Notes under the pieces: generated by a model
What the model was told of the DNA's origin: nothing
The model's database searches: none
What the model saw: the letters and a program-made list of their open reading frames with translations, nothing else
In this document: one piece after another, positions 9,880 through 21,385 of the stretch
Position numbering within the stretch: the first letter of the stretch is position 1
Layout: each line of letters begins with the position of its first letter
Translations under genes and position numbers: made by a program
NCBI GenBank assembly: GCA_000004985.1
Contig: GG738881.1
Reading direction: 5' to 3' (one strand)
From: Naegleria gruberi
Lineage: Eukaryota
DNA: 64,000 bases

Positions 9880-11668
9880 ATGACATCGGAATCATCATCT
9901 CTATCGACAACAATTCTTGAACAAGTTGATATGCTTAAGGATTGGATTGACCACCATTTAAAACTAATCATTTCGGAAGAGAATAAGGAGGAATTTTTAT
10001 CACTTGTTAGGGAGAAGAAGTGGTTATTGATTGCAACTCCTCCTCTTTTAATGTTCCTCTCATCAATGATCAAATTATATGGAAATTATAGAAAGGTAAA
10101 GCAAATTCCGGGGGGCTTGGCCTTATTCTTTTCACCATTCAAAATTCCATTCCTTGCACCAGTGTTTTATATGGGAAATTGGAATGGAATGATTGAATAT
10201 GCCAATGAAAAGGGTGATGGTGAAGGAAATGTTAGAGTTTCATTTGTTGGATTTAATTATTTCCTTGTCACTAGAGAAAGAGCTCTCATGAAGGAAATAT
10301 TGTTGAATAAGCAAGCCTTTTTGGATAAGCCAAGTATTGTTTATGATATGTTTAATGTTTTTGGAGAGAATATTGTGAGTGCATTGACCATTGATTCATG
10401 GAAAAGACATCATAGAGTATGTAATGCTGCATTCTCAGTGGAGAATTTAAAGTACATGTGTGGACAAGCTTCTAAAGTTACAGATTTGTTGACTGACTTG
10501 TGGGAAGAAAGATTGAAGAATGGAAATGGCGAGTTTATGTTTGATTGTGATGATTTCTCAATGGTTACATTGGAAGTTCTAGGTTTGGCTGGATTTAATA
10601 TGTCATTTGGAGTTTTTGATAAGAATGATGAAAGTGGAGGTAAATTTAAGGATGCTGTGGAGAAGATTTTCACTGTTGGAATGTTGATGAGGAGATTTTT
10701 AGGTGGCACTCCAATACTTTATCCTCTAGCTCAAAGAATATTTGGAGTTTCTCATGCTTTGGAAATTATCAATAAGAAATTGGATGCTGCCATTGAGGAC
10801 AGAAGAAAGGAAATGGAAGAAAATATTGACACTTTTTCAAAGAGTGATATCTTGAGCTTGTTGGTAAAGGCAAACTCTAAGGAAAACCTCCTAACAGATC
10901 AAGAATTGAAGAGCAATACATTAATATTCGTGTTGGCCGGTGAAGAGGTACGTTGGACAATTTACAAATTTGTGTGCTTACTCTTTTATTTGAAATTATC
11001 TTTAGACCACGTCAACCACTTTACAGGTGAGTAGAAATTGATTATGTGGAATTTCTAATAATGAAAGTGGGTCATTTATGAGCTTGCTAAGAATCCTCAA
11101 TACCAAGAGAAGGCAAGGGAGGAAATTGAAAGAGTTCTCTCTGAAAGAATACCATCCTATGATGATTATGATAATTTGGATTTACTTAATTGCATCTTTT
11201 TGGAAACTTTGAGATTACATCCTGCTGCAGCTGGAATTCTCAAACAAGCCAACAAGACCATCACTATTGGAAAGTATACTATTCCAAAGGATACCATTGT
11301 TGATTGCTCCATTGTTGGAGTTCAAACAAGTGAAAGTGTTTGGCCAGAAGCCTCAGTCTTTAAACCAGAACGTTGGCTGGATAGAGAGTTTAGATCTAAA
11401 GCTCAACATGATTATTCATTCCTTAGTTTCTCCACTGGTTTGAGAAAGTGCATTGTAAGTTTTTCTTCTCCGTAACAATTTTACTAAATTGAAATAATTT
11501 AAGGGATTCAATTTTTCAAAAATGGAAGCTTGCATGATTTTGGCAAGAGTATTGAAAAAGTACAAGTTTGAATTGCTTAACAATGAAGCACAAGGAGATA
11601 TTGTCGTTGGTTCTAAAGGAGTAACTACAAGACCAGAAAATCTCAAAGTCAAAGTTACTAAACTTTAA
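9880..11668 (+). CDS. Cytochrome P450 monooxygenase, four exons including a 21-nt micro-exon.
   Basis: The proposed structure is join(9880..10947,11006..11026,11068..11454,11504..11668). The splice reconstitutes the P450 I-helix AGEE-TTSTTLQ-WVIYEL (AGxETT). The heme-binding loop FSTGLRKCIGFNFSKMEA (FxxGxRxCxG) spans the last intron. Donors are gtacgt, gtgagt and gtaagt. Confidence 0.75.
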
Positions 11669-11925
11669 TCATAGTAGTGAGCAGTAAAATCAATTTGTAC
11701 AATTGTAAAGTGGACTATTTAGCAAGAGGGTGCACAATCTACTCATATTACAACAGTGTTGAATGTATGCGGCTTGTTGTTGGATTTTCAATCTGAAAGT
11801 TCTTTCATATCTGATTTTCCATGGCGGATACTTCTTAACAGTTATTACACCCGCATGGATTTGTGGAAATTGGTATTTAAATCTTCCACCAAACACAATT
11901 GTATCATCAAAACAAAATCAAAAAA

Positions 11926-12891
11926 ATGTCTCTTCTCCAAAATCTTAAACGTATTGAATTCTACACTGCTTTCATTTGTCCATATGCACACAGATCATTG
12001 ATTGCTATCATTGAAAGTCAACTGCAAGGAAAATTGCCAAAGTTTGCCTCAGTTTTGAACTCTGAAGAAACCAAACCAATTTATTACAATGAAATTGACT
12101 TGCTCCTTGATGAGCAAACAAAGGAGCATTACAAACGTATCAATCCACAAGGAAAGGTACCAGCTCTCAAACTTGTATTGAACGATGATACTTCTCTGGT
12201 TGTTAACGAATCACTTGTCATTGGCGAATTCATTCAAGAAACTTTCAACCCAAATCTATTGCCACAATCAGAAAATCCAATTGAGACTGCATTTGCCAAA
12301 GCTCAGTACAAGATTTGGACTTCTTACTTTGACAGTAATTTTACCTCACTTTTCTTTAAGATTTCCTTTGAAAAACTTACAGTCGATGCTGTTATCACTG
12401 AGCAGCTCCCTATCACTCATGAGAAAATCTCATTCCTTGTTCAAAATGGTTTCAAACCAAATCAAAAGGGTAGAGGTGATTTCTTCTTTGGCGATCAATT
12501 CAGCTTATTGGATGGAGCTCTCATTCCATTCATTATTAGATTTGATTCGAATTTGAGAAATCAGTATGGTGTTGATTTGTTTAAACCTCTCCCTACTGAC
12601 AATGAAACTGTTGTAGAATCATTGGCTATTTTCAAGAAGTGGTATCAAGCTGTAAGAGCTAGACCAAGTGTCAAGAAATCTGCATATGAGCCAGACTTTG
12701 TTCCACTCTCAACTACTTCAAATGCTACCAGAAAAGTACTCGTTTCAGGTTATGAAGCAACTCTTGAGGAAGAGCAATCTGGAAAGAAGAAGGAAATTGT
12801 ATCTGCTACTGAACTCCAAGTTGATTGGTTTGATTATGAAAGGTATTTAACAAGAGGTTATGAATTGCGCCTTGCCAAGTTACAAAAATAA
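11926..12891 (+). CDS. Glutathione S-transferase-like protein (omega/DHAR-type thioredoxin fold).
   Basis: The first ATG is MSLLQ, because the track start is a TTG. The N-terminal CPYAHR active-site motif (IEFYTAFICPYAHRS) resembles CPFAQR of GST-omega. A GST C-terminal-like domain follows. Confidence 0.55.
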   Translation: MSLLQNLKRIEFYTAFICPYAHRSLIAIIESQLQGKLPKFASVLNSEETKPIYYNEIDLLLDEQTKEHYKRINPQGKVPALKLVLNDDTSLVVNESLVIGEFIQETFNPNLLPQSENPIETAFAKAQYKIWTSYFDSNFTSLFFKISFEKLTVDAVITEQLPITHEKISFLVQNGFKPNQKGRGDFFFGDQFSLLDGALIPFIIRFDSNLRNQYGVDLFKPLPTDNETVVESLAIFKKWYQAVRARPSVKKSAYEPDFVPLSTTSNATRKVLVSGYEATLEEEQSGKKKEIVSATELQVDWFDYERYLTRGYELRLAKLQK

Positions 12892-12908
12892 ACCCTTACT
12901 CGTTGTGT

Positions 12909-13900
12909 TTAATTAATCTTACTGAAACAAGTTGATGTAGACACACAATTAACATAATCAACAGAAGAAACTTCCTCCAATTTGTTTCCATGTAAACTGC
13001 TATTCCTTGCCAAACATTCCAATACTTCCTTTTTACATAATGCAGTACCAACCAAGAGTCCAAATACTTGTTTCTCTACAATACATTCCTTTTCCAAGTC
13101 TTTGGCCTTAGCTGTACATTCAATCATTGCTTCATATTCTTTTGTTGCAATTTGATCTTTGATGTGAAGCAGTTTTTCTTCAATTGATTGCTCATTATCA
13201 CTCTCATTGGCATAATAATTCGAAATAATATTTGTTGGCTCTTCACTGCTTGGTTTGAATTTGAGAGATTTCAAAACTGACATGATTTTAGGTCTTACTT
13301 GAATCAATGTTTCAGGTTCTGACCATCTCATCCTTCTACTTTCAAAAACTGCAAAATCATCTTGTACATAATTTGCTTCAACACAATATGTAATATCTCT
13401 ATACATTTCCTTAGCTTCCTTTTCTGTCAATTGTCTTGCAGGTATTGGAAATAATCCATCAACACATCTATTAAACTAGAAATTGAACACCATTTCACAC
13501 AATATTATTAGAAATAATCCAACACCACATCCACAACCAATAAACAAACCTTTCCAGTCCTAAACTTTGTATAATCATTCATTGGACAAATTTCAATAAA
13601 ACCTTGACTATATTCAGCAGGCACCTTTAAATCATGAAAATATGTTTCCACATCCAAATTACACCTCGTAAAACTATCCAATAGAGCATCAAAATGGGCT
13701 TGTTGTTCTTTAAATCCCGGATACTTTTTCTCCATATATTGATCATCATAATTTATATAATCTACGAGATCGAGCGAGAAATCTCTCGTTACAACTACTA
13801 CTTGATCATCGGTACTACCACCAAATAAATCAAAATTAATCACATTTTCTCCATTCGTGTTGGTTGTCGAGGTTCCGTCTTGAGAAGTTGAATTGCCCAT
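12909..13900 (-). CDS. Hypothetical protein with an N-myristoylation consensus (MGNSTSQ), two exons.
   Basis: The proposed structure is complement(join(12909..13475,13550..13900)). The donor is aag|gtttgt and the acceptor is ttctag. The frame is continuous across a 74-nt intron. No recognisable domain. Confidence 0.4.
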
Positions 13901-14154
13901 TTTTTTAATAATATTAATTTGTTATTTATTAATTATTTAAATAGTTTTTTGCAACCAATTCCATCATTCCGATCATCAAAACAACAAATTTAATATTGAA
14001 AATAAATCCTGGTGATGATGGAACATTTCAAATTTCTACCATTCCAAAGAATATTTTATTCCATAAGGCTTGTTCCTCTTCTGGTCTGCTTGAACATCAC
14101 AACAAGGCTAAAAAAAATTCGGAATCGAAACTCTTCATCAGCAAGAAGAAAAAA

Positions 14155-15183
14155 ATGTTGAGTGATGACCAATTTAGAAAGTTGTTGGGAGTTGGCTTGA
14201 TCAAAAAGTCTTCTCCAGCAACCAACAAGACAATGGAAACACAAAAGACTACACAAACCTCTCAATCCGATAATTTTCTCACTTCCTTGTTGAATTCGGA
14301 TACACCTAGTATGGAGGATGATTCGTTTGGAACGAGTCAACATTCACAATATGTTGATAAACCATCTGTAGTAGTACAACAAAAACAACCAGTAGAATCA
14401 CTTGGAAAGCCTTCTTCACAAAATGTAACAATACCTCCTCTCACTCATAATATGGAAACATCATCATCGTCTCCTTCAATAGTAGCAAAAACATCTATGG
14501 AAGAACAAATTGATAAAGCCTTTGATGAATTGACTCAAATGGATGATGTTGATTTGATTTCAACCCCCAAAAAGAATACTCAAACAAATAATGTAAATAA
14601 TGTAAATAATAAGGACGATCAAGTAAGAGTTGAATTAATTGATGAAATGGAATATTTGGAAACAAGTTCACCAAAACCATCTTCTCCTTTAATTGAAGAA
14701 CCAGAGAAGGAAGAAGAAAAAGAAATTGAAGAGGAAAAAGAAATTAGAGAAGAATCAGAATCAGAGAAAAATATTTGGGAAGAATCTGACGACAATTCTC
14801 AAACACGTCCAAGAACATCAAGGAGAAAGAGAACGCCTAAGAAATCACCCAAGAAGAAAGTAGAAACACCAAAGAAATCTCCAAAAAAGCAAACCACTCC
14901 AAAGAAACAAACTACCCCAAAGAAATCGCCCAAGAAGAAAATTGATACCGAATCTGAAGACTCTGAGGAAGAGAAGAGTAAGAAGAGAAAATCTCCAGCA
15001 AAATCAAAGAAATCTCCTGCCAAAAAGTCTAAGAAACAAGACGATGACGAATGGGATGAGAAATATAATGAGGAAATCAAAAGACTGAAGGACCAATTTG
15101 CATTGGTGGACAAGACGAAACTGGTCAAGCACACAGTTGGCAATTTAAATACTACTCACTTTAGTGATATCTATAATGAATAA
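14155..15183 (+). CDS. Lys/Ser/Thr-rich nuclear-type protein with tandem (S/T)PKK motifs and acidic EEKE repeats.
   Basis: SPKKKVETPKKSPKKQTTPKKQTTPKKSPKKK is directly visible. The first ATG in the frame is at 14155, because the track start is a TTG. Confidence 0.4.
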   Translation: MLSDDQFRKLLGVGLIKKSSPATNKTMETQKTTQTSQSDNFLTSLLNSDTPSMEDDSFGTSQHSQYVDKPSVVVQQKQPVESLGKPSSQNVTIPPLTHNMETSSSSPSIVAKTSMEEQIDKAFDELTQMDDVDLISTPKKNTQTNNVNNVNNKDDQVRVELIDEMEYLETSSPKPSSPLIEEPEKEEEKEIEEEKEIREESESEKNIWEESDDNSQTRPRTSRRKRTPKKSPKKKVETPKKSPKKQTTPKKQTTPKKSPKKKIDTESEDSEEEKSKKRKSPAKSKKSPAKKSKKQDDDEWDEKYNEEIKRLKDQFALVDKTKLVKHTVGNLNTTHFSDIYNE

Positions 15184-15217
15184 ATTTTGTTCACTTATCT
15201 TTTTTGACTTGAACGTT

Positions 15218-16270
15218 TTATTGGTTATTATTATCAAAAGCCTGTCTCACTAATCGAGCTAATCGTTTTTGATGGCCCAGTTTCGTCACTCCCAATGCTT
15301 TAAAGTCATTTTGGTCAACCAAATGTTTAATGTCGGCAAGTATCAACAATTTCTTCTTCTTGAACAACTTTTCATATTCAGATAAATCATTAATTTCCAA
15401 AAATTGTGGAATGGACATATTTTCAATCTTTTCCTTTTTTCCTTCCTCATCTCGTGAGCTGGCCCAATCTAGTGCCTTACTTAATAGCCAAATTCTAAAC
15501 TCTTCTGATTTCTTTATAGAGGGATAGGTTTCAGTATTAATTTGTACAATTACATCCATCAAAATAGAATCAATCCAATGTAGATAATCCTCTTTAGGCG
15601 TCAAGGCATTGTTTAAATCTCTCTCGAACTTTCTAATAAATCTATTAGAAACATTTAATTGACACTCACTGCCATCCCTCAAAAATCTATCACAAATATT
15701 TAAGCATATTCCTCGTAAGCTTTCCTCGGTGACTCTATCTGAGTCAGATGTCATATTATTAGCAATGTTATCAATGAGTTGAATGAAGCTAACCTGTTCA
15801 TCCTTTTGTTGTTGCCTCAGTGATTGAATCAACATTTTCTTTCCCTCCATACAAAAGCAAAACGATTCCAATTTCTTGTAATGTTGAATCACTTGCATTA
15901 CAGAACTAAACTCAGGCGTTTCTGCTTTTGTAAAATTTGAAATACCTTCCTTTGGTATTTCAATACATAGAGACCCACTCTCAATGGATTCAAAAGAAGT
16001 ATCGAGTCTGCCACTCATATCGGCCGAAGCTGAGTTTCTCTTCCCACAAGAAAAGGCCGAACTCAATCTAATTTTCAATCCTGCATTCGAAGAGGTAGGA
16101 GAAGTAGGAGGCGAGCTCAAATACGAAACATCAGAAGAGGTAGGGGAGCTACACGTTGATTCTTCGTCTTTAGTCATATTGAATCGATGGGAGAGGTCAC
16201 TCAATCGAACTGAAATTGATTTACTTCCCATCAGATCACTCCACGATTTCTTGAGAAAGTTTGGTGGCAT
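15218..16270 (-). CDS. Hypothetical Ser-rich protein with a probable C-terminal SAM (sterile alpha motif) domain.
   Basis: It is a 350-aa ORF. The C-terminus SIPQFLEINDLSEYEKLF...LVDQNDFKALGVTKLGHQKRLARL resembles the SAM consensus. Confidence 0.35.
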   Translation of the reverse strand: MPPNFLKKSWSDLMGSKSISVRLSDLSHRFNMTKDEESTCSSPTSSDVSYLSSPPTSPTSSNAGLKIRLSSAFSCGKRNSASADMSGRLDTSFESIESGSLCIEIPKEGISNFTKAETPEFSSVMQVIQHYKKLESFCFCMEGKKMLIQSLRQQQKDEQVSFIQLIDNIANNMTSDSDRVTEESLRGICLNICDRFLRDGSECQLNVSNRFIRKFERDLNNALTPKEDYLHWIDSILMDVIVQINTETYPSIKKSEEFRIWLLSKALDWASSRDEEGKKEKIENMSIPQFLEINDLSEYEKLFKKKKLLILADIKHLVDQNDFKALGVTKLGHQKRLARLVRQAFDNNNQ

Positions 16271-16744
16271 TTTGTTTTACTGTTTCAGTTCACAAACAAG
16301 ATGTCGAGGCCATTGGAGATATTTCACCTTCTACTGGTGTTGATAGGATTCAAATAAATAGCAACCTGTGTTATGTTTTCCTAAAGCAAGTCAAAATTTA
16401 GTAAAATTGGGTACTCCATTTTGTTTATCTCTTATCAAGGAGTACCAACTTTGCAGAGAATCACCATTTCCAATTCAATTTAAATATATTAATAATTATG
16501 CAATTAATTCAAAGGCTGTTCATCTCCATCATATAAATGTTATTTGTTTTGTTGTGGTAATATTTTTCCTCTCTACGTTTCCGAAGATATGTATGCTGCC
16601 ATTCATACTACTCCCACATTTGTTGTTTAAGGAGCAAAATAAAGTTGAATATGAAGGTAGCAAGAACAAGAAGAACTTGTTGACGAATTTTTATTTATCA
16701 ATAATTTTTCCCTCCACTTTTTAAAATTTAAACGTTAAACGGTA

Positions 16745-16757
16745 TTTGGCGCCCAAA
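16745..16757. promoter_or_regulatory. E2F-type site TTTGGCGCCCAAA about 165 bp upstream of the kinesin-8 start.
   Basis: A TTTGGCGC half-site with a near-palindromic partner is present. An AACGG (Myb-like) motif lies immediately 5' (gttaaacgg). Confidence 0.3.
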
Positions 16758-16920
16758 TTCAATCCACAAAATTAAAAAAAAATAAAACAACAAGAGGCAT
16801 CATCATCTTTGCCGGTTATAAATTTATTTATTTACAACATCAAGACATCAACGAGTGTGCACTCACAGCAAAAAAGAAGGAGTAATATAGTACACTTTTG
16901 AGCCATATTTTGTAATCATC

Positions 16921-19900
16921 ATGTCTAACATGAATATTTCCCAAGACGATGATCGAGAGGATGAATTTTTAAGCTCCATGAGAACGTGGAATACAGACTC
17001 CACCAATACAGGACAGCTAGTTGATGATCCTTTTCTCTCAATGCAAGGAAGCGATAGTAATATTATGGTTTCAGTAAGATTGAGACCAGAAAGCGCTAAA
17101 GAAAAAATTGAGAGAAAAACTAGTACAACTGTTCGTGTTCTAGATAAGAATGTACTTGTTTTTGACCCTGTAGATACATCACAGGACCTTCACCAACGAA
17201 GAGCTCTAGGTTTGAGACGTGGAAAAGAATTAAGGTTTGCATTCGATAGAGTTTTCGATGATACATCAACACAATTAGAAGTTTATCAAAGTACAGCAAA
17301 GGCACTTTTGGAAAGTGTCTTGGAAGGATATAATGCCACCGTGTTTGCATACGGAGCTACTGGTGCTGGTAAGTTGAAAGATATTATTTTATAATTTACC
17401 TTATTACAGGTAAGACATTCACCATGTTTGGCTCGGAAATTAGTGGACCTGGTGTTCTACCTCTTACAATAATTGATATCTTTAGAATGATGGAACAAAA
17501 ACATGACAAGACTTACCGAGTGGCAATATCCTTCTTGGAGGTTTACAATGAAAATATTCACGATTTACTAGTACCACATACTGGAAAGGCAATTAATCAC
17601 GAAATTAGAGAAGACAAAGTGAAAGGAATAATAGTTTCTGGACTTTCTGAACACGTTTGCGAAAATGCTGATCAAGCTTTGGAACTAATTCAACTAGGTA
17701 TTGCTAACAGAACTCAATATGGAACAGCTGCTAATGCTCAATCTTCTAGGTCTCATGCTGTTTTTCAAATCAATGTTCAACAAACTGATAGAACAGCTAA
17801 TATTCAAGCAGATGTAGGAATTGGAAAATTATCATTAATTGACTTGGCAGGCTCAGAAAGAGCTTCGGTCACTAAGAATAGAGGTGCCAGACTTGTGGAA
17901 GGTGCAAATATTAACAAATCTCTGCTTGCCCTCTCGAACTGTATTAATGCACTTGGAAAAAACAAGGGAAAAGGTTATGTTCCATATCGTAACTCTAAGC
18001 TTACAAGACTTTTGAAAGACTCGTTGGGTGGTAATTGCAAAACAGTAATGATTGCAAATTTGAGTCCAAGTTACAGTTGTTATGACGATACATTCAATAC
18101 ACTCAAATATGCCAACAGAGCCAAGAGTATTAAGACAGTAGTCAAGAAGAATATCCACAATGTAAATTTCCATATTTCTAAATATCTGAAAATCATTGAT
18201 GAATTGAGGACAGAAATTAAAGAACTCAAGACACAAGCTCAAATCAAAGAACAAGAGGCTTCCTACATAGACTGTAAGAAGAATGAACAATACGAGAAGG
18301 AAAGGGATTCCACTGAGAAATTGAGAAGTCGTCTCTCTGAAGTTTTCCAAGAACAAATGCAAAATAGAAGAAAACTTCTTGAATTGGAAGAACAAGATAG
18401 ACAAAACTCTCTTCAAATAATGTCAATCAAGAATGATATTGAGCGATGGTCAAGAGAACATCCAAATGAAGAGAAACCATTACGTATTCATACTAGACAA
18501 AAGGATGCTGATACGCTCATAATTGCAAAGAGGGAATATGTTTCCAATAAGGAAGAAATTGAAAAGCGTCTTCAAGATAACATTTCATACACCAAGTCCT
18601 TACAAGATAATATTCCAAAAATGGTTTCCAATAATGAGTTGCGTCAATTAGTGGATCTTCAAGTTAAGGTACATGACCAAGAGATACTCAATCTTGATTT
18701 AGAGAGAATGATCGAACACCACAAATCCAAAGTACAGAGAATGTCACTTATCTTGGAAGATAATCAATATTGCTCTGTAAAGGTATTGGAATATGTACAG
18801 GATATGTATGATCGTCTTAGAGAGACTAACAGTTTAAATCCAGATATTGAAAAATCCTACTCTATGTGTACCACTCTCCTGGACGCTATTGAAAAACAAT
18901 CAACTCTTGATCATGTAAATAATGCCCAATCCCAACAAAATTCACAATCACAGCCACCACCAAACATTGAGACTGACTATGATTCAATGGTTGAAGAAGC
19001 TCTCAAAACTCCAAAATATTTACACAATGGTATCAAGAAAAAGAGAAGAAGCTCTCTTCAATTCTCATCACTCTTCCAACTCTCCTTCCCAAATAATCCA
19101 GAAGAAAGAACTGTTATCAAGCCATCAGAATTTGCTGCAAACAACTCGAAGCCAACCTCAAAAGGTATTAGAGCCAAACGTCCTAAAGACTCACGCCCTC
19201 CAAAGTCTCAATCTTCAGTCAAGTACAATAACTTTTTCTCTGAACCTATTGAAGGTGCCTCTTCTCAACAACAACCACAAATCGATTCCAACTCTGACAA
19301 GACTATTTCTCCTCAGCTATCTCCTCAAATGAGTAATCTTTCCCTCACTGATGCCATAGACAGTGGAGAAATGAATCCAAGCCTTACACCAGATGATGAT
19401 TTAATGATGGACGATGGACAGGAAGTTTTATTCCTCAAAAGACATACAGAGCCAAGAGATGAAGAAACCTATCAATCTCCAACCAAGAAAGGCATAGATA
19501 GCCTTGCACAACGCCACTTTTCTCCACTCAAAAAGGCTTCAGCAGAAGGTATTAATGCTCTCAAGGAAAAGTTTGAAAAATTCAGAACTGACTATATGGA
19601 AGCAAAGAGTGGTGAGGTTAAAACTAGGGTTCGTGTAAAGAAGATTAATCTTTCGCCAACCAGAGAAACTCAACCTCCTCTCTCACCAAATCAACTGAAA
19701 GGTGCTAGAGCTAGAAAATATGATGACTCTAATCCTGAAAAACCTCAAAAGCCAAAGAGTAAGAAGGTTAAATTTGAAGCAACAATAGGTGATTCTCCTT
19801 CTTCCCCTAAACCAGTTCCTGGATATATGGCCTATACTCAATCAGCCCAGCATCGTATTGGAGCAACGACAGCTTCTAAGAAGAAACCACTAGTTCCACC

Positions 19901-20108
19901 AGTGTCTTTCAACTCGGATAATGATTGGATACTCAATTTGAGATCTAATAAGGAAAATAACAATGGACAATCCCATTCCTCTTCTACTTCATCCCTTCTC
20001 TTACACCCTCAACCTAATCCAAACATTCATCACCTCACTGCCAAACCTAGAAAGTCTATTTCCCTCATGCATCCTCAACAACAACCAAACTCACCTAGAA
20101 CGAAATAA
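16921..20108 (+). CDS. Kinesin-8 family motor protein (KIF18/KIF19/Kip3-like), two exons.
   Basis: The proposed structure is join(16921..17368,17410..20108). The intron gtaagt..ttacag splits the P-loop codon, giving [13 protein letters not shown]. The motor motifs [20 protein letters not shown] and [20 protein letters not shown] are present. The overall alignment, including the neck [11 protein letters not shown] and the C-terminal PVPGYMAYT, resembles KIF18A. Confidence 0.85.
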
Positions 20109-20393
20109 ACCTTATTTATCATTTGAGATGTATTTGGGCGGGTCTAAGATATTCTTTGTAAAGACAGCTTGTAATTCTATCAACAATACTTTATTCATTA
20201 ATCATTTCAATGATTATTCAATTTAACATAAGTTTTTACCATCTGATGAAATCAAAGGCATACATCCACTACAAACGTAAACGTAGTCTGCAACCCAATT
20301 ATCAATTGCTTGATATTTCAAGTTAATTTTTAAGCATTCATTAGAGGCAAGACGAGCTGCATGTTTTGGATAATTTCTAACTTTTGGAGTTAT

Positions 20394-21239
20394 TTATTGA
20401 GCAGTATTTGGAGTAGAAGGAGAGGTTGCTGTTTTTAAAGCATCCCTTTGTTGTTTAAACTCAGCCATTTCCTTTGTGTATTGTTCCTTATATTTGAGTT
20501 TTGTGCCTTCGTCCAATTCTTTCCATCTCTTGGATGCAAGCTTGGCCATATCATGGGCACTGCACTTTTGATTCATTGCCTGAATTTCAGCCTTAATATC
20601 TGGGCAAACTTCCTTATAAAATCTCATAAATCCTGTTGTTGGAGCACCAGAAAGGGCATTCATTTTCTTCTTGGCTTGTTTGTAGACTTCCATTTGTTTA
20701 GTATATCTTTCCTTCTCTTCTTGAATATAGCTGTAATAGATATTCTTCTCATTTTCGGAAAGCTTGGAAAATCTATCATACAATTCCTTATTAACTTCTA
20801 CAAAAGCTTGATCAGTAATCATCTTCTTTTCAAGCATTTCCTTCTTTACTTCGTTAAAATGTGTGGCGGTATAGATAAGGAATGCTGATGGAACTCTCTT
20901 TGGCCTTAAATCTTCAACAGCTTTGATTTCCTCTTCCCTGGCCTTCCTTCTTTCTTCTTTCAATGATTCCACGGCCTGCTTCTTTTGTACTTTCAATTGT
21001 TGGAGTGATTTTCTGAGTAGATTCACTTCTTCATTGATATCGCTGGAAGTTGTTGCTGGTGTGAAAGTTGTTGAGGTGGTGTTGAACCTCTTAGCCATCA
21101 CAGTGTGGAAACTTCTAAGTTGATGAGTGATACTAAGGATGTTCTTAGATGAGCCAAGAGTTCTGATCATGAGGAGCCTATTCTCCATTTTGCTATTCGT
21201 ATATATTGTTGTTTTTTTAAAGCAAGCCTTAATGCTCAT
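20394..21239 (-). CDS. Dual HMG-box DNA-binding protein with an N-terminal presequence-like region, possibly mitochondrial (TFAM/Abf2-like).
   Basis: There are two HMG-box-like segments (KRVPSAFLIYTATHF... and PTTGFMRFYKEVCPDIK...KRWKELDEGTKLKYKEQY). The N-terminus is basic and hydroxylated with few acidic residues. The start is a genuine ATG. Confidence 0.55.
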   Translation of the reverse strand: MSIKACFKKTTIYTNSKMENRLLMIRTLGSSKNILSITHQLRSFHTVMAKRFNTTSTTFTPATTSSDINEEVNLLRKSLQQLKVQKKQAVESLKEERRKAREEEIKAVEDLRPKRVPSAFLIYTATHFNEVKKEMLEKKMITDQAFVEVNKELYDRFSKLSENEKNIYYSYIQEEKERYTKQMEVYKQAKKKMNALSGAPTTGFMRFYKEVCPDIKAEIQAMNQKCSAHDMAKLASKRWKELDEGTKLKYKEQYTKEMAEFKQQRDALKTATSPSTPNTAQ

Positions 21240-21385
21240 TATTTATACGAACCCCTTCCAACATCCGTAAATTTAATCAATTTCCAATCAATCAAAATCA
21301 AAATAATCATCTCTTCCAATCAACTTAAACTCTTCATCCTATTAACTTGAAATATTCGAATGTAAAATAAAGCAAAAGAGGAAAA

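Noticed and set aside
13996-14154. Upstream extensions of several track ORFs (13996, 11899, 33567, 62573, 30674, 4248).
   Set aside because: They begin with TTG, GTG or CTG rendered as M by the ORF caller. The first in-frame ATG or a splice acceptor was used instead.
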